From assembly GCA_030770535.1 (NCBI GenBank), contig JASVEC010000013.1:806001-870000 (forward strand): a stretch of 64,000 nucleotides of DNA. The letters run 5' to 3'. The notes beneath the pieces were generated by a model. It was not told where the DNA came from, did not search any database, and saw only the letters and a list, made by a program, of their open reading frames with translations. A program made the position numbers and the translations under genes. Of the stretch, positions 1-13,234 are shown piece after piece; position 1 is the stretch's first letter, and each line of letters opens with the position of its first letter. The DNA comes from Batkoa obscura (lineage: Eukaryota).

Positions 1-2094
1 TCCATTTTGTACAATATCCTAATGATAAAATAAATAAAAAGTAAAATAATTAATATCTATTAATTCTATTACTATTAATTAACACTTACTGTTTTCATTG
101 GTGAAAATTTTAATACTACATTACATAAAGTAGATACAGCTACACTTTTGACAGTTATGTCTTCATCATCTAATAACTAAAAATTTATAATTAAATAAAA
201 ATATTATATTCATTTTATTATTCATTTTAAATAATAATAATAATACTATTTTTAAAACTCACCTTAAATAAAGGTTTAAATAAACCAGCATCCATTAATT
301 CTGTTCTTAAATATCTAACCGATCTTGACAATGATCTTACACATTGACAAGCTGCTGCTCTAACTCCTGTTTTTGGATGAGATATAGCATCAATAATTCG
401 TGGCATACATTTAGCTTCAATTATCTTAATTCAATAATAATAATAAAAAGACATATAAATGAATTTCAATTTTAAATATTAAAAGAATCTTACTGCTTCT
501 CTACATTCTTCTGTTAAGGAACCAATAGAAGCTAAAGCAATTAATGAATTTTCCTCAAATAAATCCTTATCTTTTGGTTGATAATAAAAAAAATTATTAA
601 TATTTTGTTTATATTCCGATAACTTGGAAATAGCTTCTGATAATTTGGTAATAGCATCTAAATCACATGCTGTTTTTTGTAATTTTTCATCTTCTGCTAC
701 TAATTCAGATAATATTAACGGCGCTTCTATTTTTACGGTTCCATTGGCTTCAAGGAGTTTGACTAAAGTTGGAATTAAAATTAAAGCTACTTCACTATTT
801 TTATCTTCTAATGCTTTAGATCGTAATAAATTGGTTAAACTTAATAATGTTATTAATTAATAAATTAGCTTTTAATAATTAGATAGTAAATAACAATAAA
901 AATTTACCAAGAAGCAGCTGCTAATTGAATTGATGGACTCATTGAGCGTACAAAGCTAAGTAACAAATCAACAGTTGGAATAGGTCCAGTGGCTAATTTT
1001 AAATAAAAAAATTTATTATAAATTTATATGTTAATAAGCATATTGAGCCTACATTGAATAGTCAAAGCCCATCTCCCTACATCAATATTTTTTTTACATA
1101 AAGCTGATAAAGCTAATAAAGCAGCCTCTTTAGCCTACAAAAAATCAATTTTGTCAATTTTTATCTAACCTAAATCTCATTGATTTTAGTTCTTACTTTA
1201 GTAGAATTAGATTGTAATAAATTAATCAATAATGGAATCACATCTCTTGATTTTAATTGATTTTGTCGATCATTAGTATCACAACTTTTGGCTAAAATTA
1301 AAGCGGCTAATTCAGCTGTATGTAAAGTAGGTATTTGTTTTTTTTCAATATCAATATCAATATCTAAATCATTAATTTCTAATAAAGATATTATGTTTTT
1401 TAAGTTTGGATCCTAAAAAAATAGAAAATAAGTTTTTTTTAATCAAAATTCTGTTTTTTTGTTCTAATTTACTAAATTATTTACCTTGTAAATTAAGCCA
1501 CTATCTACTTTAGAATGTTGTAATAATGCTTTTAAAGACCTTGATGCTGCTTCAATTAACTCTAAAGGATATTTATTCAAGTCAATACACCCTACCAACG
1601 AGGCTATGGCTTTATGTTGGACTAATTCATTCACTATTTCAGGGGAGCCTAGAATCAAATGGATATTATTATAACTCTTCTTTTAATTAAATTATCATCT
1701 CTTACCATAAGCCAAACTACCTAAAACAATAACTGCTTGAATAATCACGGACATACTTTCTTCTTCTTTAGTATAAATGATTTGGATAATTCTAATTTAA
1801 TCAAAGTATTAAATCTCTTTGATCATTCTTAATTGATATACAATAACAATCTATTTACTTTGGTATTAACCCAATTTGTACATATAAATTCTTTTTGGTT
1901 CGATTTCCAATGACTTCATTTTTAATCGTTTTTAGTGCCTCCATTTTGTTATTGATACTACCCTCTTCCACTCCGTTTAATAAGGATAGTTGTAAATTAG
2001 CATTTTCTTTGATTTTGTCTGGTATGAGTTGAACTAGTCAGATCAATGGTTAGTCTAATTTAAACCTTTTGTGTTTTATTTGGAATTTACCCAT
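1..2094 (-). CDS. Armadillo-repeat protein ARMC8/Vid28-like (GID/CTLH complex), multi-exon, 3' end outside window
   Basis: ATG at 2094 followed by an intron; the next exon reads VQLIPDK...MEALKTIKNEVIGNRTKKNLYVQIGLIP, and later exons include AAACQCVRSLSRSVRYLRTELMDAG and AVSTLCNVVLKFSPMK, typical of ARMC8. Confidence 0.75.
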
Positions 2095-2282
2095 TTTTAT
2101 ATATTTTCAACTTAAAAAAAAACTAAACTTCAAACTCCTATTCTTCCACATATTTAGCCCTTAACATTCTCAAAAATTTCTTTAATTTGCGTCATTGTTA
2201 CTAATTTTCAATCAAAATTTCCAAGTTCGTTAAATCTGATCAAAATTTTTATTAAATTTTAGTAAACTAAAATCAAAATAAA

Positions 2283-2875
2283 ATGGTAAACAATCACTCC
2301 TTCAATTTGACCCCTTTCATTAAACTCTTTCCATAGTGGGAAGAACACGTATCGAAATCAAAAGGCATCAAATTTTATTATAATCGAGAAACAGGCCAAA
2401 GTCAATGGGAACCACCCACCGAAGGTAGCATTATCACTTCGGAAATCAAATCACGTGTTCAAGCTCGACATATCTTAGCTAAACACAAAGATAGTAGAAG
2501 ACCATCTTCTTGGAGGGAGGTAAGTAATTATTTGTGTATTTATCCTTGAATCTTTATATTTAGAAATTAAAAAGCATCATCAAAAAAAAATTTAACGAAT
2601 TTCCTTAGGAGAACATTACCCGCACTAAAGAAGAAGCTTTAAATATCATCGAGGGTTACATCCAACAAATTAAATCTGGAGAAAAAACATTTGAAGCTAT
2701 TGCAAAAGAGTTTTCAGATTGCTCAAGTGCTAGAAATGAAGGTGATTTAGGTTTCTTCTCAAGAGGTCAAATGCAAAGACCATTTGAAGAAGCCGCTTTT
2801 AATTTACAAGTTAATGATATTTCAGAACCTGTATTTACCGATTCAGGGGTCCATGTGATTCAAAGGTTGGCTTAA
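2283..2875 (+). CDS. ESS1: Peptidyl-prolyl cis-trans isomerase Pin1/Ess1 (WW + parvulin), 2 introns
   Basis: Spliced translation [28 protein letters not shown] (WW), then [31 protein letters not shown]...[29 protein letters not shown]...[12 protein letters not shown]; absent from the ORF track. Confidence 0.95.
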
Positions 2876-3023
2876 ATATATTATTTTTGTGAGCTTTTAA
2901 TCTGAACTATATATGGAATTAAAAAATTAATCAATATTTCATAAAGTGATTCTTTTTATTTTCAAGTTTTAAAATCAAGCATTGTTTTAAATTTCTATCT
3001 TTTATTTAGCTGTTATTTTTTGT

Positions 3024-3694
3024 TTAAATATCTCTCATATAATAATCAATAGCTACTGAAAACGCAGCAAAGGCAGCACAGCCTGGAATAGCTGCATAGG
3101 GACCAGCTAAAATAATTATAAAACATTAAAACTTTATAATAAAATGGTAATAATCCATTCAAACTCACCTCTTAAAGCCAATACCCCACCAGTAAAGCAG
3201 CCAGCATAAGCCGAATTATAAAGATCGGACCTAGCCCTATACTAAATCATCATATTTCATTAAAAAGTCCTTATCTGGTAATAAAAATCTATTAACATAC
3301 CCCTTCAATTACACATTCGGAACCAGAAAATACCATACCAACTAAACCAAAGTTTTTGGCATTTGACCAAGACCTTTTTAACATGTCTTTACCCATGATT
3401 TTTAATTGTTGACGTGTATTTAAATCGTGTAACCTAGGGTCTAGACTTGGTCCACCAAAGTCTAAGGAGGACATAACAAGTCCAAATACACCACCAAAAC
3501 CAAAACCTAAGGTGGAAGGGAATGTTAGAGATTACATTATTGAAAAATTGATGATTTATTGTATGAAAAAGTGAAGCTAATGTTAATTAAAACTTACCCA
3601 TTACTCCCGACATTCCAGATTTAAATATGCAATTTTTATCGACTTCTAAATCCGCTAATTCTTCGGGCGTTTGTGGTAATTTAAAGCTATCCAT
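3024..3694 (-). CDS. TIM22: Mitochondrial inner-membrane import translocase Tim22, multi-exon
   Basis: GFGGVFGLVMSS, SNAKNFGLVGMVFSGSECVIEG, YRARSDLYNSAYAGCFTGGVLA, GCAAFAAFSVAIDYYMR; Tim17/22/23 family, Tim22-type. Confidence 0.9.
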
Positions 3695-3851
3695 TTTTTA
3701 AACTATTTTGGATCTTTTTTTTGAAAAAAAGTAGTTTTCTATTTTTAGTGAATTATTCAAAATTAAATTTCAAAAGTAAATAAATTCAATAAATTTCAAA
3801 AAATTTATATTCTACTAAATACGCTATGTTTTATTTATTTTGTAAAACGAT

Positions 3852-6778
3852 TTAATCATCTTCTTCCAATATAAACCCTCTATCAAAATTACGAGTTAAC
3901 ATACGTTGACCTCCACGCACTTGAGAACCTTGACTTAAGACAAAATTTTTCGAAACTAATTCATTAATAGCTTCTTCAAAATCGGTTTTAGTAACAATAA
4001 GACCGGAAGCAGCTGCATTATTTTTTAAAATAGTAATTAATTGATTACTTGAGTATTGAATTGGGTTCTCAGGTTGACCTAATAATTCGACAATAGCTTT
4101 TTGAATTTGTTTACGAATTTCTCGAGTTTCACTAGAAATACCCGTTACTAATTGATCTAATTCAATTTTACCCGTTTTAGGATTAGTTGCAGAAGAATGA
4201 ATAGCTGCTCTTAATAATCGAAATGCTTCTTCAACATCCATTTCTTCCACATATTGACTTAATCTCATTTTAGCATGAGCTTCAGATAATCTTATTAAAG
4301 ATTCCAATTGTCGTGTAGTAGCTGTAATTCGAGTTTCTTGATTATAATTTTCTTTACCTAAATTACGTAATTCCACATAATTTTTAACTAATTTATTAGA
4401 TGCTTCATCAGTTATTTCAGTTCTTGTGCTCTTAGCATATTGTACATATCGACTAAGTGTATGAGTTGGTAAATGATTCCCTTCAACAAGACTCTCATCA
4501 GAATTAATATATAAAGAAACCAAATGTTGAGCAAGTCTTCTATCTTCATCTGGATTAACTTTATCTAAAATAAGATAAATTAAATCAAACCTAGATAATA
4601 AAGAGGGTGGTAAATTAATATTTTGAGGTACAGATAAATCTCTTAACCAACTAGAATTAATTGGATTAGCACTAGCTAAAATAGAAGTTCTAGCATTTAA
4701 TGTAGTAATAATTCCTGCTTTAGCTACAGATACTGTTTGTTGTTCCATAACTTCATGTAAAATAGATCTTGTACCATCGCTCATTTTATCAAACTCATCA
4801 ATACAACATAACCCACCATCTGATAAAACAAGGGCACCAGATTCTAATACTAATTGATTGGTATCTGGGTCACGTGTTATATAAGCAGTAAGACCCACAG
4901 CTGAAGAACCTTTACCACTGGTATACATACCTCTTGGTGCAATTCTATGAGCATATTGTAACATTTGAGATTTAGAAGTACCTGGATCACCCACTAATAA
5001 AATATGAATATCACCTCTAGCACGACGTTGGTTGGTATTAGCAAATAATTTAGATTCCCCACCAAACATTTGAAGTAATATACCTTTTTTGACATCGGTC
5101 ATACCATAAATTGATGGTGCAATTGAATTAGCTAAGCGTTCATAAATATCTTCTGAACGTGCCAATTCTTCAAATTCAGCAACTTCACGTTCACTAATTC
5201 TAGCATTATTTCTTGTACCATTATTAGTTGATGCTTCATTTTTAGTAGCATAAGTAATGGTTTTTATATGAACTACATCGATGTAAGTTTTAAATAATGC
5301 TTTAACGGTACGTTTACGTGGATTAACACGAACAGGGGTGGATCTAAATACACCAGTAACTTCTAAACGATCACCAGGTTTACAAGAATCTACTAGTTCA
5401 TCATAAAGACACAAAGAAACTGAATGTGGAGTTTGACCATCTGGTATAATATCTGGAGTTTCTTGTAATTTTGATATTTGTTTATCAGCATAAATGCAAC
5501 GATTATGAATCATTACCATTGAATTTGAAGTTTGACATGCTGTTTCAGGACATTTAGTTGGTTCTAATATAATTCCTGAGGTAATTTCAACAAACAAAGA
5601 ACGATCACATATCTTACATTGAAAATAAGCCTTTTTAATATCAGGAATAATACTTGATGCACGAATTAACAAGCCTTTAATTGACACTAATTGGTCAATA
5701 TCTTTTGGATTTAATTCTCTCATATTGACACTATTTCCCAAATTAAATGGACGTACTCTTAATGGTCTTTGAATTGTACGAACATAATTATTTTCTAATA
5801 ACTCATTACAAAAATTAGTTAAACAATAATCCATTAATGGGATAATTTCTTGTGGGTAACTTTTTAATTGAGAATATAATCGAATTGTTGGTTCAAAACT
5901 TAATAAATATTGACAATCTAAATCTAAATTATAAAAATCATTATTAACGATAGAACTTATATGTTCAATATAGTATGGTTTTAAATCTTCTTCTAATACT
6001 GGTAAATTATTCAATTTTAAAAAATCTTCTCTTTTAAATTCATTTAAAAAGCGATTAAATTGATTCATACAATCATGAACATTCACTGTTGTTCCCCAAA
6101 TAACTTGTGTAGTATCTCCACTTGGTGCTACTGGTCCTTGTACATTATTTAAATTAATATTAACATCTAAAGGTGTCATTGGAGAATTATTATTGGGTAC
6201 AGAAGAACTACCATAACTAGTAGTTAAACCAACTGGATTAACATCTCCTCGTTGATACCTATTAGAAAATAGCTTAATAACTTGGTTACTTAATAAAATA
6301 TAAAATATCTACATTCTTGGAGTATCAAAGTCATTAAATAATTGAGAGGAACCAGGATTGACACGTGGAGTACTTGTAAACCTTTGAGTATTTACTAAAA
6401 ATGGGGATTGATTACTTCCTTGAGTATTGGGATAAACCAAAGGTGATGACATATCTAATAAAAAAAACTAAATTAAAATTATAAAATTTAATAAAAATAA
6501 AGTGATTTACCTGGAGCAAAGTTGTTACGTCTTTGACTTGGATTTTGAAAATTACTTTGAGAAGAATTTGGTAATGGTGTAAAACGAGTACTATTTGCAG
6601 AAGCAAATGGATTAATAATAGGTGTACTTGGATTAATTTCTGGGGTACCAATATTCAGCATAGGTGTACCTCTATTAACTAAACTAGCTAATGCAGGAGT
6701 AGTGGAGGCTGGCTCAGATGGTGTTTCATCCTGAGTATTCGGTGTAAATATATCCTGTGGAGTATTGTTGTTGGACAT
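3852..6778 (-). CDS. MCM4: DNA replication licensing factor Mcm4 (short 5' exons plus long exon 3852-~6260)
   Basis: S/T-P-rich N-terminus, IWGTTVN motif, C4 zinc finger, GDPGTSKSQ Walker A, CCIDEFDKM, SRFD arginine finger, ATTRQLESLIRLSEAHAKM. Confidence 0.96.
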
Positions 6779-7116
6779 TTTATTATTTTAAAATAAAATA
6801 ATTTCTTTTTTTTAATTCCTCCCTTAATTTTGTTAATTTTGTATTCGAATTGTCCTTACTTTTAAAATTGGGTTTTTATTGGTCATTAATTACCAAAAAA
6901 TGGATTTCATTTACTAAATTTGGAGACTTTTATTGTTGATTTTGATGTTTTTACATTTAGAATAGTTCATTCTTATCATTTGAAAACTCATTAATATTAG
7001 ATCCCATAATTTCAAGCGTATGATTGGTTAGGTCATATTAATGATCACGATTCATTAACAAAAATTAGTAAACAAAAATTAGTAGACAAAACTTACTTTG
7101 ATTTTTATTATTTTTT

Positions 7117-8140
7117 ATGAAGAGAGATTTAAGGAAGAAAGCCAAACACGCGGATACTACTGTTAATCAAGTACATTCAAATGGAAACAATCATAATGGA
7201 ATAGTAAATGATAGCAGCCAAGATACTGACATTGCATTTGGTCAACTAGAATTAAAGAATAAAGATTTATTAGAAGGTTGTGAAACACCCAGTACATTTA
7301 CCGAAGGGGGTCATATTTATGAAGAAGAAGGTACCGAAAGAGATTTATCTTTAGACAGCTTATTAGGTTCTTTGGGAAATAAAGGTAGGTATTCAAGAAC
7401 AAATAGTGTACGCAGTGGATCTTCAAAAGCATTATCAATTATTGAAGAGTTATCAATAAAAAATGGAGTTGTTGGAAATGTTGAAAATTATGATTTCGAA
7501 AATTATGATTTAAATAAAGATTTTAATATTTTGGAAGAAGTAGCAGTTGGATGTTCTACTAGAAGGAATTCCATGGATACAAAAAAAGAAGAAGACTCGA
7601 AAAATAGAGATAAAAGTATGAATCTGTCCAATTTATTTTTTGCTGCTGAAAAGAAGGTACGAGTTAACACTTATTTGGAAGTCTTTGGACCAGATAATGA
7701 TATATTTGAAGTAAAGAAGGAAATAAATATTATCAATAAACAAGAAAATCAAGAAGATGAAACTTTAAATAGTAGCTTCGGTAGTTTGGAAATTAGTACT
7801 AATCAACAGAAATCGGATATGGACAATCAACCAATTGCTAAAAATACAAGGCTAAGTAGAAGAATTAAACAAGAAATCGAGGAGAAGAAGGTTAATTCAA
7901 ATAACACTAGTGTAAATTCAATCAATGCAAATAAAAGGCCAACTGATACAGAAAATACATATGGTACAAAAAATAAAAGAGGAAAAAATCGAGTCAAAGT
8001 TGAAAGAAATGTAAGTTAATATTAGAATTTATTACAAAAATATTAATATATCTTATTTTTAGGTTGAGGAAGAAATTGAGAAAAAAGTGGAATTATTTAA
8101 AGAAATTGATGAATTTGAACTTCCAGAAGAAACCATTTAA
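7117..8140 (+). CDS. Disordered 323-aa protein with C-terminal Sororin-like motif (intron 8011-8062)
   Basis: Long open frame, phase-0 GT-AG intron, last exon VEEEIEKKVELFKEIDEFELPEETI* preceded by basic patch KNKRGKNRVKVER. Confidence 0.6.
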
Positions 8141-8386
8141 AAATTAGCGTTATATATACATATATATTTAAAATTCTTATTTGGTTTATTTCAAAAATGA
8201 ATATTGTTTCATTTGTTATCTATTATTATAGCTTACTTTAATTATTATAAACTCTCAAATAAGCATTATTTTTTTATATTTTAAATGCTTCATATTTTAT
8301 GGATTTTAAGTTGTCTCTGTTTGCTATGAATAAAAATAAAATAAAATAAAAATTTATAAAGTTCAATGTAAGTTTAAAATATATAT

Positions 8387-8481
8387 GGGGATGTATTTTT
8401 TTAAGAATTTTGCTAACAATTTTTCCACTCAAATAGCGCTTAAAAAATGGAAAAAATAATGAAACCAAAAAAAACACCCAC
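8387..8481 (+). mobile_element. MITE copy 1
   Basis: GGGGATGTATTTTT...AAATAGCGCTTAAAAAATGG...AAAACACCCAC, flanked by ATAT/ATAT. Confidence 0.85.
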
Positions 8482-8694
8482 ATATTAAAGTTGTCAGCTT
8501 TAAAAGTATTATTTTGTTCTAAAGATGGTTGATTTAATTACAAGTTGTTTGGCGATTTAGTAAAGAAGCTGTTTATTATAAATTAACTATTTATGAATAT
8601 AATGATATAAATTTTAAGTTATTATTCACTGTTATCATTTTATTAGTAGTAGTTACATTGCTATTGTTAAAGTTCACTTGTAAAAATAAAATAA

Positions 8695-8786
8695 AGGAAT
8701 ATATTTTTAAGAATTTTACTAGCAATCTTTCCACTGAAATAGCGCTTAAAAAATGGAAAAACAATGAAGCTAAAAAAAACACCTCC
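8695..8786 (+). mobile_element. MITE copy 2 (degenerate left end)
   Basis: Same core (AAGAATTTTACT...AAATAGCGCTTAAAAAATGG...AACACCTCC); flanks ATAA/ATAT. Confidence 0.8.
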
Positions 8787-9346
8787 ATATGCTTTTTTAT
8801 ATTTTTTCTGAAATTGATTTTTAACTAAAGTCAAATACAATTTATTTAATTTATATTTTATTTTGTATTTTTTTAAAATTAAATTAAATCTTAAACCCTT
8901 GAAATTTAAAGTTTAGTTTGATCCTTAACCTGCTAAGTGATTAAGATAGATCTATCCATTTAGGTTAAAAAGTAAACATTTAATTGATAGTGTCCAAAAA
9001 TTTTATCTAAAAATTGATTTGATCAGCTAAATTTTTTGAACTTTATTAGTTAAATGTTACTTTGGCAATTTGCTTCAAAGGGTTAGCAATATAACCGTGT
9101 TTTTTTCAAAGTTTAGTGACGCTTAAGTTAATTTATAATTTTGTCCCTTTTATGTTCAACATAAAAAAAAGAAAAAAAAAGAAAAAAAAAGAAAAAAAAA
9201 GAATGAATATTGAAATAAAAACATTTATTTTAATTTTTATTATACTAAAATTAATATCACAGCATTGGTTTACATAAAAAAGCAGTTACAACATAATCAA
9301 CACGTAACATTCAACAAAACCAAAAAATCTGGAAGATACAATTTTT

Positions 9347-11733
9347 TTATTCCTCATCCTTATCACCTCTATCGGTTTCCTTAGACTCCTCGCTATCCCC
9401 TTCCTTCTCCTTTGAATTAAACCATTGATGAGCTTTAGCGAGTAAATTAAATTGAGGTTTAAGAGCTTGGTCATCTGGGAAGATATAATCAAAGTATTCC
9501 ACCATTTCTCCATTTTCATTTAATTTTCTTTTATTCACTATCTCTGGAGTCTTCTTAACTACAGCTTCTAAGCTTTCCGAAGTCCCCTTCTCTTTTTCAA
9601 ATGCTTTCCAGGATTCTAATAGTAAGACTCTCTAAATGAGTTGTTAGTATATGGGAGTTTATAAATTAAGTTGAAAAGTTAATTTCTTACCTCTTCTTTC
9701 AAGCCAAGGGATTTCAATTCTTTAAAGGCTCTATTAAAAACCTCTCGTGTTCTTTTAATATGGTTCACATTTTCTTCTTTATCTTCTGGAATTGATGCTT
9801 CAAATTGAGCAAATGAAATCCATACCTAAGTTAATAATATTGTTAAAAATATACAATTAAAAAATCAAAAAATATTACTTTGACATGTGACGTTTTTTCT
9901 AATAGACGTTCATAAAGCTTTCTAGTTTTATCAAACTCTTCATTTTCAAATTCAAAATCTAAAATTAAAATTATATATATTATTTTAAATGAATTATACA
10001 TAATTCACTTACCGATATAAGCCTTCCATAACAATTCCGGCATATCTAGATTTGGTAATGAAATAGCTAATTCAAAAATAGCTCTACAACGATCCAAATC
10101 TAATAAGCCTTTTTCTAATTCGGTTGCATTAATCCAAGTGGAGCATAGGCTAGGTTCAAATTCTAAAAATTTAGAGTATAAAGTTCTCACACGATCAAAT
10201 TCTCTAAGGGCAATTTCCAGCTCAATATAGCCTTTAAATAATTTAGGTTTTGGACACATACCAATAGCTCTACCTAAAGTTTTTCTAGCTTGAACCAAAT
10301 CTTCGTGACGAATTAAAAATTGAGCATACATTAACCAAATTTTTGCAAAAGTAAAATTTTTATGTGGGATTAAATCCAAGCATGCTTTATAGACTTCTTT
10401 TGCTCTTGGAATATTTTTAGCTGATAATTCTTCAAATAAGACATAATAAATCCAAATATAAATATATCTTCTCCATAATCTTTTTTCTGGTGCTGGTGGT
10501 ACTTGTGCTATGGCTCTTTCATAAAGTTCTCGAATTTTTTCAATATCTCCATTTTCTTCTTCTAATCTTAGATAATCAAACCAAATATCATAATTATTTG
10601 AATTTTCTTTAATTTCATTTTCATACTGTGTACGACGTCTTGATAGTACTAAATTTTCGATTCCTTCTACATTACCGTATCTTTTTTCAAATAATACATA
10701 TTCTTTATGCAATATGTCTGCTTTCGATTTCGGTACTCTATCTAATGCATATTTAAATAGTATTCTTGCTCTTTCATATTGCTTCATTCTAGCCTCAAAT
10801 TTAGCAAAGGATAAAAAGATTTTGGGTTCAATCATATCATCTCCAAAATAATCGATTGCGCTAGAATATACTTCTCTTGCCATATCTAAAATATAACATT
10901 AAAAAAACAAATGACATTTAATAATTAAATTTACCAAAATTATTATTATCTTCTTCAAACTTAACCCATTTGATCCAATTTTTAGCTAATGGATGACATT
11001 CCACAAAACGTTGGTAAACATTTCTAGCATTTGAAATTTCATTATACCTCAATTCAAACTTAATATATGCATTCCATCCTGGCTCATCTGGTTCCCATTT
11101 AACCCAACGTTCAAAGATAGCTCTAGCTCCAATTATATTATCTAACATTTCCTCCATATGAACATATTTAAACCTAATGTTATGAAAGAATTAAAATCTT
11201 TAAAATCTGCAATTCACTAATAATAATAATTCCTAAAATTACCAAAACTGATCTACTCTAGGAAGAATGGTAGTACTAGCATCTAGTAAATTTCTAGCTA
11301 AATTGATGTTTTTATTTTTTAACTCCATTTCCAAATATTTCAATCGAATCGTTACATTCCTTTCATCAACTTCTAAAGCTCGAATATAAACTGAACGGGC
11401 TCTACTCAATAGAAAATTTGTTATCGTCTTGATTAATAATCTAAAATCTTTATTTTCTTACCTAGCCAACTCATTTTGACTTTCTTCCCAAGCCGCATAA
11501 CGAATCCAAGAACCAATATTCAATCTATTTTTTCTAATTGAATTTTCAAACCCAGTACGTTTTGAAAGCTTATAATCAGCCAACTCTTCTGGATCTGTAA
11601 TCTTTTGTTTAGGTGGTACTGAAATGCCTTCAGTACGTTCTTTAGCTTCACGTAAAATTTGTTCGGCTGTAATTTGGATCTCAGCGGCATTCTTATTTTT
11701 TACTTTAGGTGGACGTCCTGGCTTTTCGGTCAT
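9347..11733 (-). CDS. CLF1: Crooked-neck/Clf1 HAT-repeat splicing factor, multi-exon
   Basis: [33 protein letters not shown] repeats, [30 protein letters not shown]-terminal [10 protein letters not shown]. Confidence 0.95.
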
Positions 11734-12040
11734 TTTTAAATTGGGTATTTTTAAAATGAAAAAAAGGTAAGTGGTTAGATTTGAGCTTGAGTTTTTCACA
11801 GTGGGAAATTTTTGGATTGATTAAATTGTGATTAGTATTAAAATGTTTCAAACAAGTTATTAATTTTTAATACTTTGAAAAATATAAAATTTTATATTAA
11901 ATATAGCAACTATTAATAGCGTCATTGTTACTGATTAATTAGGCTCATCCTTAATTTAAACTAAGCATTCGCTTTTTACTTATTTATATTTTTTAAACTC
12001 TAATAAAAAACCATTATTCTTTATTTAAAAAAAAACAGTC

Positions 12041-13055
12041 ATGAGAGTATTCACTTTATTTATCTCCTTTTCAACCCTCATCATCAACGTAACAGTATGC
12101 TTTAAACAGGTCAATTTCAAAACTCAGACTCAAACTCAATTATTAAACGAAACTTTACGTTTAAGTGCCTATTTTGCTAATGCAGCATATTGTCCAAAGT
12201 GGCTTTTATTGAAATGGAAGTGTGGTAAACCATGTTCAACAATAACTAAAGGGTTTCAGTTGATTAAATATTATGAAGATTGGTTATTAGGTTCCTCAGC
12301 TTATATAGGAGAAATAGGAAATAAGGAGAAAAAAGAAAAACAGTTGGTAATCGCTTTTAGAGGGTAGGTGTTATCATTTATTATTTTTTAAAATAAACAA
12401 AAATTTAAATAATGAATGATAGCTAATAATTAATAATATTTTTAGGACCCAAAATTTTCAAGGAATAATGGTCGATTTAGTTAGTAGTAAATTAGATTAC
12501 TCATTTCAAAATTCAAAAGTCCATTATGGTTTTTTAAAAACCTATAACCGATTAAAGAAACCAATGTTACTCAAACTCACTGAATTGTTAATTTCTGAGG
12601 AGTACAAAGATGCATCAATATTAATAGTAGGTCATTCCCTTGGTGGTGCCTTAGGTACATTTATGGGGTTAGATTTAAAATTGAATTTAAAGATGAATAA
12701 TACCATTAATATCAATACCTTTGGAGCGCCAAGGATAGGTGACCTTAGCTTTGCTAAACTTGTTACAAAAACATTCAAGAATAATAATAATGACAATAAT
12801 AAGTGTTCTTTACTTCGAGTTGCTAATAGGGATGATATTATAACTCATTTACCATTAAGTAAAAACGGATTTTATCATAATCCTCATGAAATATTATTAT
12901 TTAATGATAATACTTGGAAAGAGTGTAACGATTTAGGTATAGATCCTGTGAATGGATTTGAAGACCCAGATTGTTTAAATGCTGGTAAGAATTTAAATAT
13001 TTATTCTCATTTAGCTTATTTTGATCTTACTTTTGGATTGGAATGTACTTTATGA
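12041..13055 (+). CDS. Secreted class 3 lipase (one intron ~12365-12445)
   Basis: Signal-like N-terminus, AAYC, IAFRG|T, VHYGF, GHSLGG nucleophile elbow, TFGAPRIGD, RVANRDDIITHLP, C-terminal catalytic His. Confidence 0.92.
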
Positions 13056-13234
13056 TAATTTATATAAACTTGGGTTAATTAATTTTATTTTGAATATAAT
13101 CACTTCTATTATATTTTACTTTACATAAAAGATAAATAATTATTAACTTTATTTTATTTTTTCTATTTATTTAATAAATAACTCTATTATTGTTAATATA
13201 TAAATTAAATGTATTATTATCTAGTCTAAATGGT

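Noticed and set aside
9163..9203. (A9G)n purine run
   Set aside because: Simple low-complexity repeat downstream of CLF1; no further structure
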